NCBI GenBank assembly: GCA_964016885.1
Contig: OZ024741.1
Coordinates: forward strand, 336,288,001-336,352,000
Source of the DNA: Eledone cirrhosa
Lineage: Eukaryota
DNA length: 64,000 bases
Direction: 5' to 3'
Position 1 is the first letter of the stretch. Each line of letters starts with the position of its first letter. The position numbers and the translations under genes were made by a program. Below the pieces are notes generated by a model, which saw only the letters and a program-made list of their open reading frames with translations, did no database searches and was not told the origin of the DNA. Below, one piece after another: positions 39,867-52,797 of the stretch.

Positions 39867-40615
39867 TTTCGTTTCTGAATTTGTTTAGCAAGATTTTTTA
39901 TCTGAAAACGTGTGTTGAAACCGATATTGTTATACTTTTGGAGGGTCATATTGCTAATAAGAAACACATGCACCAGTTGCTTTCACTTCAATTTATTATA
40001 ATAAATTTATAAATTTAGGAATTTATAAATTTCCAGTTGGTTGGTTGGTTCCACAACCAGATGATTGTTTATATATTGTCAAAGTTCTTTCGTCACACAT
40101 TCTGTGACCTCTTCAGTGACTGGGGATTCTTTTCTTTGCTTTTGTGCCTCTCCTTTGTTCTGTCCTACGCCATCTTGCTTTTGTGTGTGTTGTGTGCTTA
40201 GTTTGCACATGTGTTACATCCGGGTGTCTGTGTGTGTTTATATTTGTTTATTTATTTGTTTATTTACATGTTACTGGTTGTTTGTTTGTTCTATGTGCGT
40301 GTGTGTTTTCATTTTGTCCTTAATTGTAAGTTGTGATATTGCTGTTCCATTCATGTTTTCTATTTAATTTTGGTTGGAGTTCATTTATGTTTATTGCCTC
40401 TGTGATTTATCTAAACTTGCATATGCGTCTTTGAAGAGGTCACAGAATGTGTGACGAAAGAACTTTGACAATATATAAACAATCATCTGGTTGTGGAACC
40501 AACCAACCAGCCGGAAATTTATAAATTCCTAAATTTATAAATTTATTATAATAAATTGAAGTGAAAGCAACTGGTGCATGTGTTTCTTATTGGCAACATG
40601 ACCCTCCCAAAGTAT

Positions 40616-40620
<5 letters not shown>
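39867..40620. mobile_element. PLE pseudo-LTR fold-back element
   Basis: Arms ~39924-40115 / 40432-40620; the terminus GACCCTCCCAAAGTATAACAAT and tail are similar to the coding PLE end at 62836-62908; second copy at 63120-63613. Confidence 0.85.
40077..40120 (-). ncRNA. Minimal hammerhead ribozyme
   Basis: GTCA-CTGAAGA-gGTCACAgaatgTGTGAC-GAAA-gaac-TT-TGAC. Confidence 0.75.
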
Positions 40621-40681
<61 letters not shown>

Positions 40682-40801
40682 ATATATATATGTATATATA
40701 TATATGTATATGTATGTATATATATATATGTATATATATATATGTATATGTATGTATATATATATATATGTATATGTATGTATATATATATGTATGTATA
40801 T

Positions 40802-40833
<32 letters not shown>

Positions 40834-40965
40834 GTATATACATATATGTATATATATGTATATTTATATGTATATGTATATATAAATATATATGTATATG
40901 TATATATATAAATATATATGTATATATATATGTATATGTATATATATATATAAATATATATGTAT

Positions 40966-40997
<32 letters not shown>

Positions 40998-41062
40998 TTG
41001 TATATGTATATATATATATATATTTGTATATGTATATATATATGTATATGTATATATATATT

Positions 41063-41159
<97 letters not shown>

Positions 41160-41160
41160 T

Positions 41161-41195
<35 letters not shown>

Positions 41196-41196
41196 C
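40621..41196. repeat. Compound (TA)n/(TATG)n microsatellite
   Basis: Direct sequence. Confidence 0.95.
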
Positions 41197-41430
41197 TAGG
41201 GTGGGTAAAATTCCCGAGATTTATGGATGAGTGCTCTCCAGTGGTCTCTGTCCCTCATTATTGGTGCCATGTCCTGCGTCTCCAACAGACCGGTGTCTGT
41301 CCTTAGGGCATCAACATATGTTAACTTCGGTCTTCCTCTGCCATGTCCAGCTAACCTCAATCTCCTCTGTGTCACTTTTGAGCTGAGTTTTGGGAGACTC
41401 CCATACAGCTCTGAGTTCTTCATCCTCAGT
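41197..41430 (-). mobile_element. Short RTE-like LINE 3' fragment
   Basis: [25 protein letters not shown]. Confidence 0.7.
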
Positions 41431-44139
41431 GTATACTGATTAATGTATATATATGTATCTATCTATCTATATATATATTTGTATGTATAGATATATGTAT
41501 GTATATATAAATGTATGTATATATATATAACTAACAAATAGCTTTATTGCTCTACATGGCTGAATACAATAAATGTAATCTGACTTTTTTGAATATTAAT
41601 AATAATATTCGATTTGTTTGCAATTATGCAAACAGCCTCTTTAAAGCCATGTCAGTAGAATGAGCCCCTCATATATATATATATAAATATATATATTTTT
41701 TTATTTTTAAATCATATTTTCTCACTCTTTTACTGGTTTACTGTAGCCATGCAGGGGCACTTCCTACAAGAGTTGTAGTTGATTATATTGAACCCCAGTA
41801 CATATTTCAGTCTGGTATTTCTGGTTTGTTGTTATCTCTTTGTTGAAGCATGAAGTTACATGATGTAATGGGACCCAACATAAACAATAAAACCAGGTTT
41901 TTATGGTGGTGCAACATAAACACACAGATAAATGAGGACATATACGCACATGCACACATACACTAACATATAATACAACACACATATGCAACACATACAT
42001 ACACAATACACACATATACAACAATGCATGACACAACAGACACTGATACATACACCACACAAATACATATGATAAGCTTCCACATAGTTTCTGACTATTA
42101 AATTTCACTCACAAGGCATTAGACAACTTTGGGTTATAATAGGAGACATTTTCCCATGTAGCTGGAGTGATCCCAATACCACACAGTTGCAAATTGAATG
42201 TTTTTAACTACACAGCTCTCTTCAAACCCCCTCTATGATCTGATATTTCCTCATCCATGGTGGTATGATCTCCCACTCCTATCAATGCCTCCTCAGTGTT
42301 GGTGCCATGACAAAAATGCACCCAGTTCACTCTGTAAAGTGGTAGTGTTGGTGTCATGATAAAAAAACATCACCCAGTCCACTCTGTAAAGTGGTAGTGA
42401 TGGTGCCATGATAAAAATCATCCAGTTCACCCTGTAAAGTTGTAGTGCTGGTGCCATGACAAAAATCACCCTGTCCATCCTGTAGAGTGGTTGTGCCAAT
42501 GTCACAATAAAACACACCCACTATACTCTATAAAGCGGTACTGCTGGAGTCATGCTGTAGAAAGGTAGACATCCATCTATAGAAATCAACCCCCAAAATA
42601 CAGAGTGTATGAGCAAGACATAGTCACCTGACCAGTCTAGACCTTCTATTACAATTTTTGGAGGCTTAAGTATATATACTGTACATGCATATTATTATTA
42701 TTATTATTAGCTCACACATTTTTATCACCAATACAAGACTAAAAAAGAGATTAAAAACATGATCATACTAAGATATTTAGAGTCAATAGAAAATCAATGT
42801 TGTAAAAACCAAAGCAAAAGTATATTGAAGCAAATTATTGGAGGGGCTTAAGCTCCTTAGCACTGGAAGGCTTGGCCTGTCTAACCCATGCCAGCATGGA
42901 CAATAGATATTAAGTGGTGGTGATGGTGGTGGTGGTGATGATGATGATGAGGATGATGAGGATGTCAGCCATGCACATACCTATATACACATTTTCCAAA
43001 GTCTAATCCTGTGCGCCATTGTATAATTTACCATTAACTTTATTAGGCTGTACACATGTTTAGGTAAATGGATGCTATTGTAAATGTTGACATAAATTTT
43101 TCTCTAAGATTTCTTGACAGAATTATTAAATCAAATCAAATATTACTTTCTGAAGAAGGTGTCACCATATTGTTAGCTTTATACAAAACAAATTCATTTC
43201 TAACTTTGGATGAGAGCTGCTTGTAAAAATGTGTTGAAACAACCTCAGATGTCTTTCTGGTTTGGCAAATAATACCAATGTTGTTAATACACTTATTGTC
43301 ACATCTTTTCTATGGAAACCATTTCAAAATGAAATAGATTTCTGCAATTGATATTTTTATGAGTAATATACATAATATAATTTCATGATGGAAGCAATTT
43401 ATATAATATTATTTTCCATTTTTAATCACTTCTGACCATTCCTACATCAAGTTTGCCATCACAATATTCTGTTTTAATATACCCAATTCCCATTCAGCTG
43501 ACTTTATAGTAGTTTCAGTATAATGTTAGTAGAAAATTGGTTTTGGTTGTATTAATGATTTATCACTGTCAGCTCTATTCTGTAGAATCCACCTTGTGAG
43601 GTTAAGCTGAGAAGACACTTTATGACACCCATGATCATTGGAGTAATATGCATTATTTTTGATAACTCTATTTAGAATTACATTTGTTTGCATATACTGG
43701 TATGACTTGGTAATTGCCTCCTTGATCTTTCATTCAAAACTGTATATTTTAAAGTGTTTATATTCACCATTATCATCAAGATCATCATCATCTTCATCAT
43801 CATCCTCATCATTTACGTCTATTTTTCCAAGTTTGCATAGGTTAGACAGGTTGTCATCATGTTATGAAACAAATCTGGTCAGTGATTCACATTATGCTCA
43901 TACAGATCTGTATTTTTGCTTGGTTTTCACAGCCAGATGCCCTTCCTAATGCCAATCATGTTACAATGTGGACTAAGTGCTTTTTATTGTGTCACCAAAA
44001 TGACCATCTAACAGGATAGACAAAGCACGTTTTTTCAAATCACCAACATGATCACCTTACAGAGTTGACTGAGTGCTTTTTGTCATGTCATCAGCTCACT
44101 CACCTTACAGGGTGAAATGGGTGCTTTTTATCATGTATA

Positions 44140-44945
44140 TTTATCCAAAAACATTTATATAAGAACCTTTAAGATATATTCCAAATACCAGCTTAATAAT
44201 GATAACATTAGTTATGTTACTAAGTCTCTCTAAATTCTGAATTATATTTTTTAAAAATTGAAAACCATAGGCAGTGTCTTTCATTAGAAATTGGTAACAG
44301 AAGAGTTAAAATGTTTATATATAAATAGCTTTCTTCATATTTCTAATTAAAAACCTTTGTTCTGTTATATTTCAAATACCAGCTTAATGATAAAATCATT
44401 TATATTACCAAAACCCTCCAAATTATGGATTATTTTCAAAATGATTTGAAAATCATAGGCAATGTCTTTCATTTGAAATGTGGTACTTTTTGATACTAAA
44501 CCACTATAAATTGCCCTTGATTCTACAGTTGTTTATTTTAATATGTTTATATTTATCTAAAGACCTTCAAGCATGACATTATGAAGGAAACTTTGTTATT
44601 ATCCAAGCACCTCCTTAATTATGAGAATGTTTGTTATATTACTGCATTCCTCCAAATTCTTCATTATTTTCAAAATTATTTCAAAATCATAGGTAATGAC
44701 TTTCACTAGAAATATGGTAATGAAAAGGTTAAAGTGTCTATTTTTATCTAAAAACTTCCCATCATAATTTTATGTAAGAAATTTTATGTAAGAAGCTCGA
44801 TAATGAGAATGTTAGTTACATTCATTTGCTTGGGGAGGGGTTTTTCTCTGAAGGTCTGCTATCCAGCTCTCTTGAGAGTTTCTTACCACTAAATCCTTAC
44901 AAAATCTCCATTATTTTCAAAATTATTTGAAAACCATAGTTGGTA
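44140..44945. mobile_element. Tandem decayed copies of an AT-rich TTAA-ended MITE family (also ~45428-45750, 54550-54805)
   Basis: Repeated GAAAATCATAGGCAGTGTCTTT..GGTAAC..GTTAA ends. Confidence 0.55.
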
Positions 44946-46597
44946 ATAAAAGAGTTCTTCTTCTTCTTCTTCTTCTTCTTGAGAGGGTTGTGGGAGCACA
45001 GTCCTCAAACACTCCTTCTAATGTAATGAAAGAGTTAATATACTTATTTTTACTATGCAGACTATAATCATAAGCAATATTAGGGCTAACTAATAGCTCA
45101 CAATATGAAAGATATATCAAATCTGTTGACTGTGTTGTGTTCAGCTTGATATTTAACTGTCAGTCATTATATATATCACTCAATTCTTATCTCCTCAACA
45201 AGCTATCTAAATCCCATCAGTTTGTTATTTAAGTCTAATTTGTTTTTGCTCCTTTTCTTAGCTCATCAAAATCCCATTTCTGCCCCAACATGGCAAATCT
45301 GAAGAGTCATTAGAATGTAGGACAATATGCCTTGCACTACCTGTTTTGGAATTCTGCACAGAATTCAATTTCTGCTGAGCTTAATTTGGCTTTTCATCCT
45401 TTCAGGGGTTGATAAAATAAAGCAGCCATTAACCTCTTTCATTAACATATTTCTAATGAAAAATACTGATTATCATATTTATATGATGTTGAAAATAATC
45501 AAGAATTTAGGGAAATTTAGTTAACTGTTTCATTATTAATGAAGTATTTAAAATATAGCTTAACAAATGTTGTTACATAAAATTATGATGGAATATAAGT
45601 GCATTAAAACAAACAGGTTTATTTTGTACAATCAAGTGCGATTTCAATTGGTTTGGTATCAAAATGTACCATACTTCTAATGAAAAACACTGCCTATGGT
45701 TTTCAAATAATCTTCAAAATAATCAAGATAATAATTTGGAGAGATTTAAAATAGTATCAGCAATGGAAAGATAATTGGAAATTTTGTTTCTTTGGTCCGA
45801 TTTGATGAGTTTCACCCTACTCTATTAGTGAATGAGGTCTAGCATTTTGTCGATCGACTAATATAATATAATATATAGTAATATCACTAACTTTCTCATT
45901 ATTAAATTAGTGTTTGGAATATAATGTAACAAAGGTCCTTACACCAAATTATGATGGTTGATATTTAAATAAATATAAATATATTAAAACAAAAGAATTT
46001 CATATCGTAAAATCAGGGGCAGGTTCAGGTGGTTGGCATCAATCGGGTAGCAGATTAACAGATTTGTTAGATTTTGAATGAGATGTTTTGTTGGATGTTC
46101 CATCACTTCACATTCCCAGTTCAAACTTGTTAATATTATCTGATCTAAACTGAGGGTTCACCAGGCCAGTGTTTATTCTCAATTTCTGTGGCATTAAGCA
46201 ACTGAAGTATAAGACTTTCCCTGGATAAGATTCCTGTCTTAACAGGATTAACTCCCCACCTACTGCTGGTACTCACTCTCAGCTGAGTTTACTGGAGAAA
46301 TGTGAAATAAAGTGTTTTGCTCAAGTACACAATGCAGCAGCCTGTCCATGAACCAAACCGATAACATTACAATCCTAAGTCAAGTATCCTAACCCTTAGG
46401 CCATGTGCCTTCAAACCTCCTGGGATCTGCTTTATATCTTTAGCAGAGTTCACACAGTTTGAGGTCACCATTATCTTTTCTTACTCATCAGTCTTTGAAT
46501 CTCTGGAAATGATGATGGACACAGCTCTTTTCTGCTTGACCAAACAGTAAGAGAAATAAGGAAATATTCAGTGACTACCAATATGAAAATGTAAACC

Positions 46598-48123
46598 AGT
46601 CTACCTGGCATTCGTCGATCTCGAGAAAGCCTTTGATAGAGTTCCACGTGCTATAATCTGGTGGGCTATTAGAAAACTAGGAGTAGATGAATGGCTTGTG
46701 AAAGCTGTACAAGCCATGTATAGAGGAGCAGTCAGCAAAGTTAGGATTAGCAATGAGTATAGCGAGGAATTTAGCGTACAGGTTGGTGTCCACCAGGGCT
46801 CTGTTCTTAGCCCTCTGCTGTTCATCATAGTCCTGCAGGCAATAACGGAGGAGTTTAAGACCGGATGCCCATGGGAGCTCCTGTATGCAGATGACCTCGC
46901 ACTTATAGCTGAATCTATGGTAGAACTAGAGAAGAAATTCCAAACTTTGTCAACCTGACAAAGACTAAGGTCCTTGTAAGTAGACTAGAAAGCAGAACCC
47001 AGATCCCCTTAGGGAAATGGCCTTGCTCAGTATGTAGGAAACGTGTAGGTAGGAACTCAATTCTCTGCCCCAAATGCAAACAATGGGTACACAAGAGATG
47101 TAGCGGGATCTCAGGAAGCTTAATTAAGAATGTGGGCTTCACATGTACCAGCTGTGCTGGGACAGCAAGCAGCAAACAGCCACAAGAAACAAGTACCACC
47201 AATCTCTGGGAGGACTCTGTAGAAACAGTAGACAGCTTCTGCTACCTAGGTGACCAAATTAACAGCGGAAGTGGGTGTTCAGAAAGTACAATAACTAGGG
47301 TAAAAACGGGATGGAAGAAGTTCAGGGAACTACTGCCACTGCTAGCTGCAAAAGGCTTTTCCCTCAAAATGAAAGGCAGACTGTATGATGCGTGTATACG
47401 AACAGCAATGTTACATGGTAGTGAGACCTGGGCACTGAAGGTGGAAGACTTACGTAGATTAGAAAGAAATGAAGCCTGCATGCTCTGATGGATGTGTAAT
47501 AGTAATATACGCGAACAGCAAAGCATAAATGAATTGAGAGAGAGACTGAGCATAAGAGGAATCAAATGCTGTGTGCAGGAGAGGCGGTTGCATTGGTATG
47601 GACATGTGATACGTATGAAGGATGACAGCTGCATAAAAAGGTGCAGAGCACTAGAAGTCATTGGAAACCACGGAGTGGGGAGACTCAAGAAGATCTGGGA
47701 TGAGGTGATAAAAGCCGACCTTACCCAATTACACCTCTCAAAGGCGATGACACACGACCGTGACCTCTGGCGTCACGCAGTAATACAGAGTACCCGACCT
47801 CCCATGGGTACAAGCTGAAGCATATAGACAATATGCTCCCACACCCTCCCACTGCAACGTGGTCGTGGAGGGGCCACGGTAACAAAGCACCCAGCCCACA
47901 CTGTAAAGTGGACGTGTAGGCGCCACAGAAAAAAGCACCCAGCACTCACTGTAAATGAGGTTGGTGTTAGGAAGGGCATCCAGCTGTAGAAATCAAGCCA
48001 AAATCAGTTCCTGTATGAGCAAGGCCTGGTCATCCGACCAGACACTGCCCACAACAGGACAACCTGTCTAACCCATGCTAGCATGGAAGAATGGACGTAA
48101 AACTGTGATGATGATGATGATGA
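46598..48123 (+). mobile_element. 5'-truncated RTE LINE with a PHD-like Cys-rich insertion and Ceph-like 3' UTR
   Basis: AFVDLEKAFD, QGSVLSP, YADD, WPCSVC..CPKCKQWVHKRC..FTCTSC, FCYLGD, RLHWYGHV; (GAT)n tail. Confidence 0.92.
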
Positions 48124-48136
48124 TATATATATATAT

Positions 48137-48462
48137 AAGCAAAGGGATATTTAATTTGTTGGTAATTCAACAAATGTATATATTTTTAACAGATTCCAAG
48201 CACTCGACAAGTTTTCTGGAGTATAATATCAATGATATTAATAAATGGAAACTATATTTATAAAACCACATTTATTCTATTATATATATTTCAAGGGTAC
48301 CAAAACTTTGGTACACTCTCATCAGATAAAATACAACGCTTGTTTTATAAATATTGACATAACGGTTCAAGTTTTACCAGGTAAGCTTAGTACCTTTGAA
48401 ATATATATAATAGAATAAATATGGTTTTATAAATATAGTTTCCATTTATTAATATCATTGAT
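48137..48462. mobile_element. Second copy of the 32362 fold-back family; hammerhead on - strand at 48273-48333
   Basis: Same arms, spacer and tail as 32362-32700, but the tail is on the opposite arm. Confidence 0.8.
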
Positions 48463-48559
48463 ATATATATATAGTAATAATAATAAATTTGAAGACTAAA
48501 ATCCAAAGAGGGCTCGACAAGGATAAATATATATCAAATATATAAGAACCGTAGAGCAA

Positions 48560-49444
48560 ATATTTATTAAAATAACAGATTAAAGTTTAAGCAAAGAATC
48601 GCTGCTTTCACCCTAACGGGATCTTCTGAAACTAACAAAGTCAATCTGTAAACGCAGGACTGGATATTTCAAAAAACGTTGCAACCGGAGGAAGACAGGA
48701 AGACGATACTTTGGTTCGTGGAAACGTTCGCTGGCAAAGAACGGGAAAAAACGAATATAATACGTCATTAATAGGAGCGGTGAAAAACAATTACGCGCAA
48801 AGACAGAACCACGTTTATGGTATAAAAGAGGTCGTAGACTAATGTTCTCTTAGGTGGTGCATAGAGACGTTCTCTGACAATGAACGAAAAAAAACGAAGC
48901 TAATACGTCATATGTGGAGCGTGGAGAACAATAGCACGCAAAGACAAAACCACGTAAATGGTTTATTTACTTTGTTCTTAACTCTGTAGCAGAGATTCAT
49001 TCGGTCTCCTAGTTAGAATTTTAGTCTACGACTTCTATACCATTTACGTGGTTTTGTCTTTGCGTGCTATTGTTCTCCACGCTCCACATATAACGTATTA
49101 GCTTCGTTTTTTTTTCGTTCATTGCCAGAGAACGTCTCTATGCACCACCTTAGAGAACATTAGTCTACGACATCTTCTATACCATAAACGTGGTTCTGTC
49201 TTTGCGCGTAATTGTTTTTCACCGCTCCTATTAATGACGTATTATATTCGTTTTTTCCCCGTTCTTTGCCAGCGAACGTTTCCACGAACCAAAGTATCGT
49301 TTTCCTGTCTTCCTCCAGTTGCAACGTTTTTTGAAATATCCAGTCCTGCGTTTACAGATTGACTTTGTTAGTTTCAGAAGACCCCGTTAAGGGTGAAAGC
49401 AACGATTCTTTGCTTAAACTTTAATCTGTTATTTTAATAAATAT
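48560..49444. repeat. Long inverted repeat (~400-bp arms, ~76-bp spacer) with a variant hammerhead near each end
   Basis: 48560-48962 vs 49039-49444; GTTT-CAGAAGA-ccc..ggg-t-GAAA-GCAA..TTGC-TT-AAAC at 49371-49419; tail 48480-48559. Confidence 0.9.
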
Positions 49445-49609
49445 ATATATATATATATATATCGTCATCATCATCATCATCATCGATTTTACATCCATTT
49501 TCCCACACTTGCATGGGTTGGACAGGTTCATTTCAGTATCTCTCCACTCATTGCATTACTTCATCATCTCCTCTGTGAGCCTCAGTGACTTCAGTTATGT
49601 ATATATATA

Positions 49610-50118
49610 AAGCCATTTCCTGAACCATGAAATAATCTTCAGACATGCTGACAAAAATCATACCACCCAGCTTGCAAACCATATGTGGAACATCAAAGAT
49701 TATGGCAAACCATTCTCCATTGACTGGGGGACACTGTAATGGGGTGAAATTCTATGAGGTGTATAGCCCTGAAAAGTGGAATCTACTTTCACAACTATCT
49801 TCAAGGAAATGCTGCTTAAATATGAGGCTTGACTGTTTCACGAAGTGACATTTGTTCTGAAAAATGGTCTAGCCCAGATTAATATTTTTGACCTTCCAAT
49901 TAACCCTACCTTTGTTTTTTATAGAGTTACCTCCTTCTCATTTACAAAATTTAAGGTAGTTGTCTTATTATAGGATAATTTGTGGATTACCTGCTCTTAG
50001 AACTTTCTAAAATCTCCATAGATTGAAGCCATTTTTTTTTATTATGACAGGCTGAATGAGTTGGGATAAACAACACAACAAAACTTAAGTACCTGTACAT
50101 ATCACTGTTTCAACTGAT

Positions 50119-50120
<2 letters not shown>
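49610..50120 (+). mobile_element. Decayed PLE 3' end (GIY-YIG C-terminal half) with a degenerate hammerhead at 50047-50096
   Basis: NHEIIFRH..TQLANHMWNIKD..FSIDW resembles Penelope/Neptune endonuclease; ACAGG-CTGAATGA-GTTG..CAAC-AAAA-CTTAAG-TA-CCTGT. Confidence 0.65.
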
Positions 50121-50150
<30 letters not shown>

Positions 50151-50159
50151 GGGATACTA

Positions 50160-50315
50160 TATATGGTTATGTATATATTAAAACTTTTTATAGTTATGTA
50201 TATATTAAAACTTTTTATAGTGATGTATATATTAAAACTTTTTATAGTGATGTATATATTAAAACTTTTTATAGTGATGTATATATTAAAACTTTTTATA
50301 GTTATGTATATTTTA
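50160..50315. repeat. 27-bp tandem repeat
   Basis: ATGTATATATTAAAACTTTTTATAGT(T/G), about 5.5 units. Confidence 0.9.
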
Positions 50316-51020
50316 AACCCTAAACAGTGTAGGTCAGTAATTTATTACTACCTTATTACCAGTAAGATAAATAGCTCAATTACACACATACTTCCGGGTA
50401 ATAAACCGCTGTAAATTCTCGCAGCAGAATCAACCTATTCTATAAACTTGGATTAAATAACACTGAGCCTCAATACGCTAAAATAATTTATTTTAATGCA
50501 TCAAACATTCAATACGGAATCATCGTTACTTATGTGATGGATGTAGAAACTATATCTTACCTTTTCTGAATGTGAAAATGATGGTGGATACGAAAACCAT
50601 AACTTTCTTTTGCTTCTTTTTTTTATTTTTATTTTTCTGCACACATACTTTTTTGTTCTATACAAAAAATACCTTACCACTACAACCACCATAATAATCT
50701 TGCTTACCCGCTTAAAGTGCTTGCATTACGTGTAACACCCTGCCACACAATAATAGTATAAAAATGAGACACACATGTAACTAACACATAGACTACCTTC
50801 TAGACCTGACTATCAAACTATCCTAGTGCATTATCTGTGCTATCTGCCGAATGTATTTTAATTTTAATTTTAATTTTTATTTTGATTTTGAATTTGAATT
50901 TCTGTACAAAAATAGTATAGTATAATATATGCCACTCCACTGTACATCTATATATATATGTGTATCTGTATGTCTCTTACATTGGAAAGGAGGTCAATTA
51001 TGTGTACAAACATTGAAAAA

Positions 51021-51067
51021 TGCTCCGAAGACTCCAAGCCTAGGTTTGGATGAAACAATTGTAAGTG
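51021..51067 (+). ncRNA. Hammerhead-like ribozyme (U4C variant)
   Basis: TGCT-CCGAAGA-cTCCAAGCctagGTTTGGAt-GAAA-CAATTG-TA-AGTG followed by AATAAA. Confidence 0.6.
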
Positions 51068-51486
51068 AATAAATGCTTTGAACATAGCTTTGATTCTTGT
51101 GAATTCTATATATATATTACATATTACTAAACACCTTTGAGGACAACTCAAAGGTGAAATGTAAAAGAAAACAAGAAAGAGTGGGGGTATTTAAAGCAAT
51201 TGCAATAATTTTTTTCTTTATTTTATTTAATCATTATCAAACATATAGCTAATGAAATATGCATACTTTGTCCTCCCAATGTATCTATCTATCTATCTAT
51301 CTTTGGACTATATTGGGATTCATGTCTTGTTGTTGATGTTATTGTTGTTCTTATCCAAAGATAGACGCATTGGTAAATATAGACACATAGCTAACTATAG
51401 CTTGACAGATAGATATTTGTGTGTGTATATATATATATATATATGTTTATATATATACATATATATTTTTTTATACACTCACATAT

Positions 51487-51519
<33 letters not shown>

Positions 51520-52042
51520 AATATATAGACAGAGAGAGATAGAGAGAGATTGACAAACAGACAGACAGATACCTGTCATTTTCATTATCTGGAAATAGAT
51601 AGATACATAGTTAGGTAACTATGGATAGTTGTTTTACCATCGACCAACTTGTCAACACTATAAGTGGCAGGTAGCAACTAAGATATCAAATTATTCTCTC
51701 TCAAATAAATCTAATATAATGTTGTCAAGTGATTCATGGGTTCTGTTATAATGATGTATATATATATATTAATCTTTAACATGAAGATGACCTCTCTACA
51801 TCCATTCATTACCTGCTACAATAGTCTTTTTACTGTATAAGTGATTCTAGTCATTGGACTGTGTCCAAACTGGGGCACTACCTTCTAGGATCCTACTTAG
51901 TCATAGTGAAACCCAATACATATTTACGACTGGTACTCACTTTATTGGAATCTGTTCAATCATTGAGTTATGTTTTTAATATATAGAGACATAATTCAAC
52001 ACACTGCTTTATATAAACACATGAGTCGGCATGCTCAGGCAT

Positions 52043-52157
<115 letters not shown>

Positions 52158-52716
52158 GTGGAATCTTATTGTAACAATTTTTTTAATTATAAATACAAGC
52201 TCAATGCCTTTAGACACACAGAGCTGAGGTGTTAATGTAAACATCTGTTGAGCTAATTATATCAGAGTTGAACTATATGTAAATGTTGCAAAGGACATTA
52301 TGTAACTTTGACTAGCTTTGAGCCATTTAATTACAGATTGCATGTTATGCCAATGACAGAAAAGTGTATATATATATATGAACCTCATATAACTGTGTAA
52401 TTTTGCTTCCTGTGTTTTGTTTTGTTTATTTATATATATATATAAATTTGTGTATGTGTGTGTGTATGCATATAAGTGGTATATATATATATATATATAT
52501 ATATACTACTTACATGCACACACACACACATACACAAATTTATATATACATATACACACATATATAGATACATATTTAAACACTGTATAGAAACTTTTCC
52601 ATATATATATATATAAATTTTGTACATCTAATGATGTATGGTATGTTTAATAAATAAATATTTTGAAAGCCCAGCTATGAATATTGAAAGGCTGACAGCC
52701 AGTGCCATCTAGTGGA

Positions 52717-52797
52717 TTCCAGCAGAGGAGAACTGTCTATGCACATTTTGAGCTTTTGGCTCTCATCAGGACAGTGTTTCCTCCACTCACTGCTGGA
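52717..52797 (-). ncRNA. Hammerhead ribozyme with extended stem I (G12 mutated to A)
   Basis: ACTGTC-CTGATGA-GAGCcaaaaGCTC-AAAA-TGTGCA-TA-GACAGT; outer helix TTCCAGCAG / CTGCTGGAA. Confidence 0.65.
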
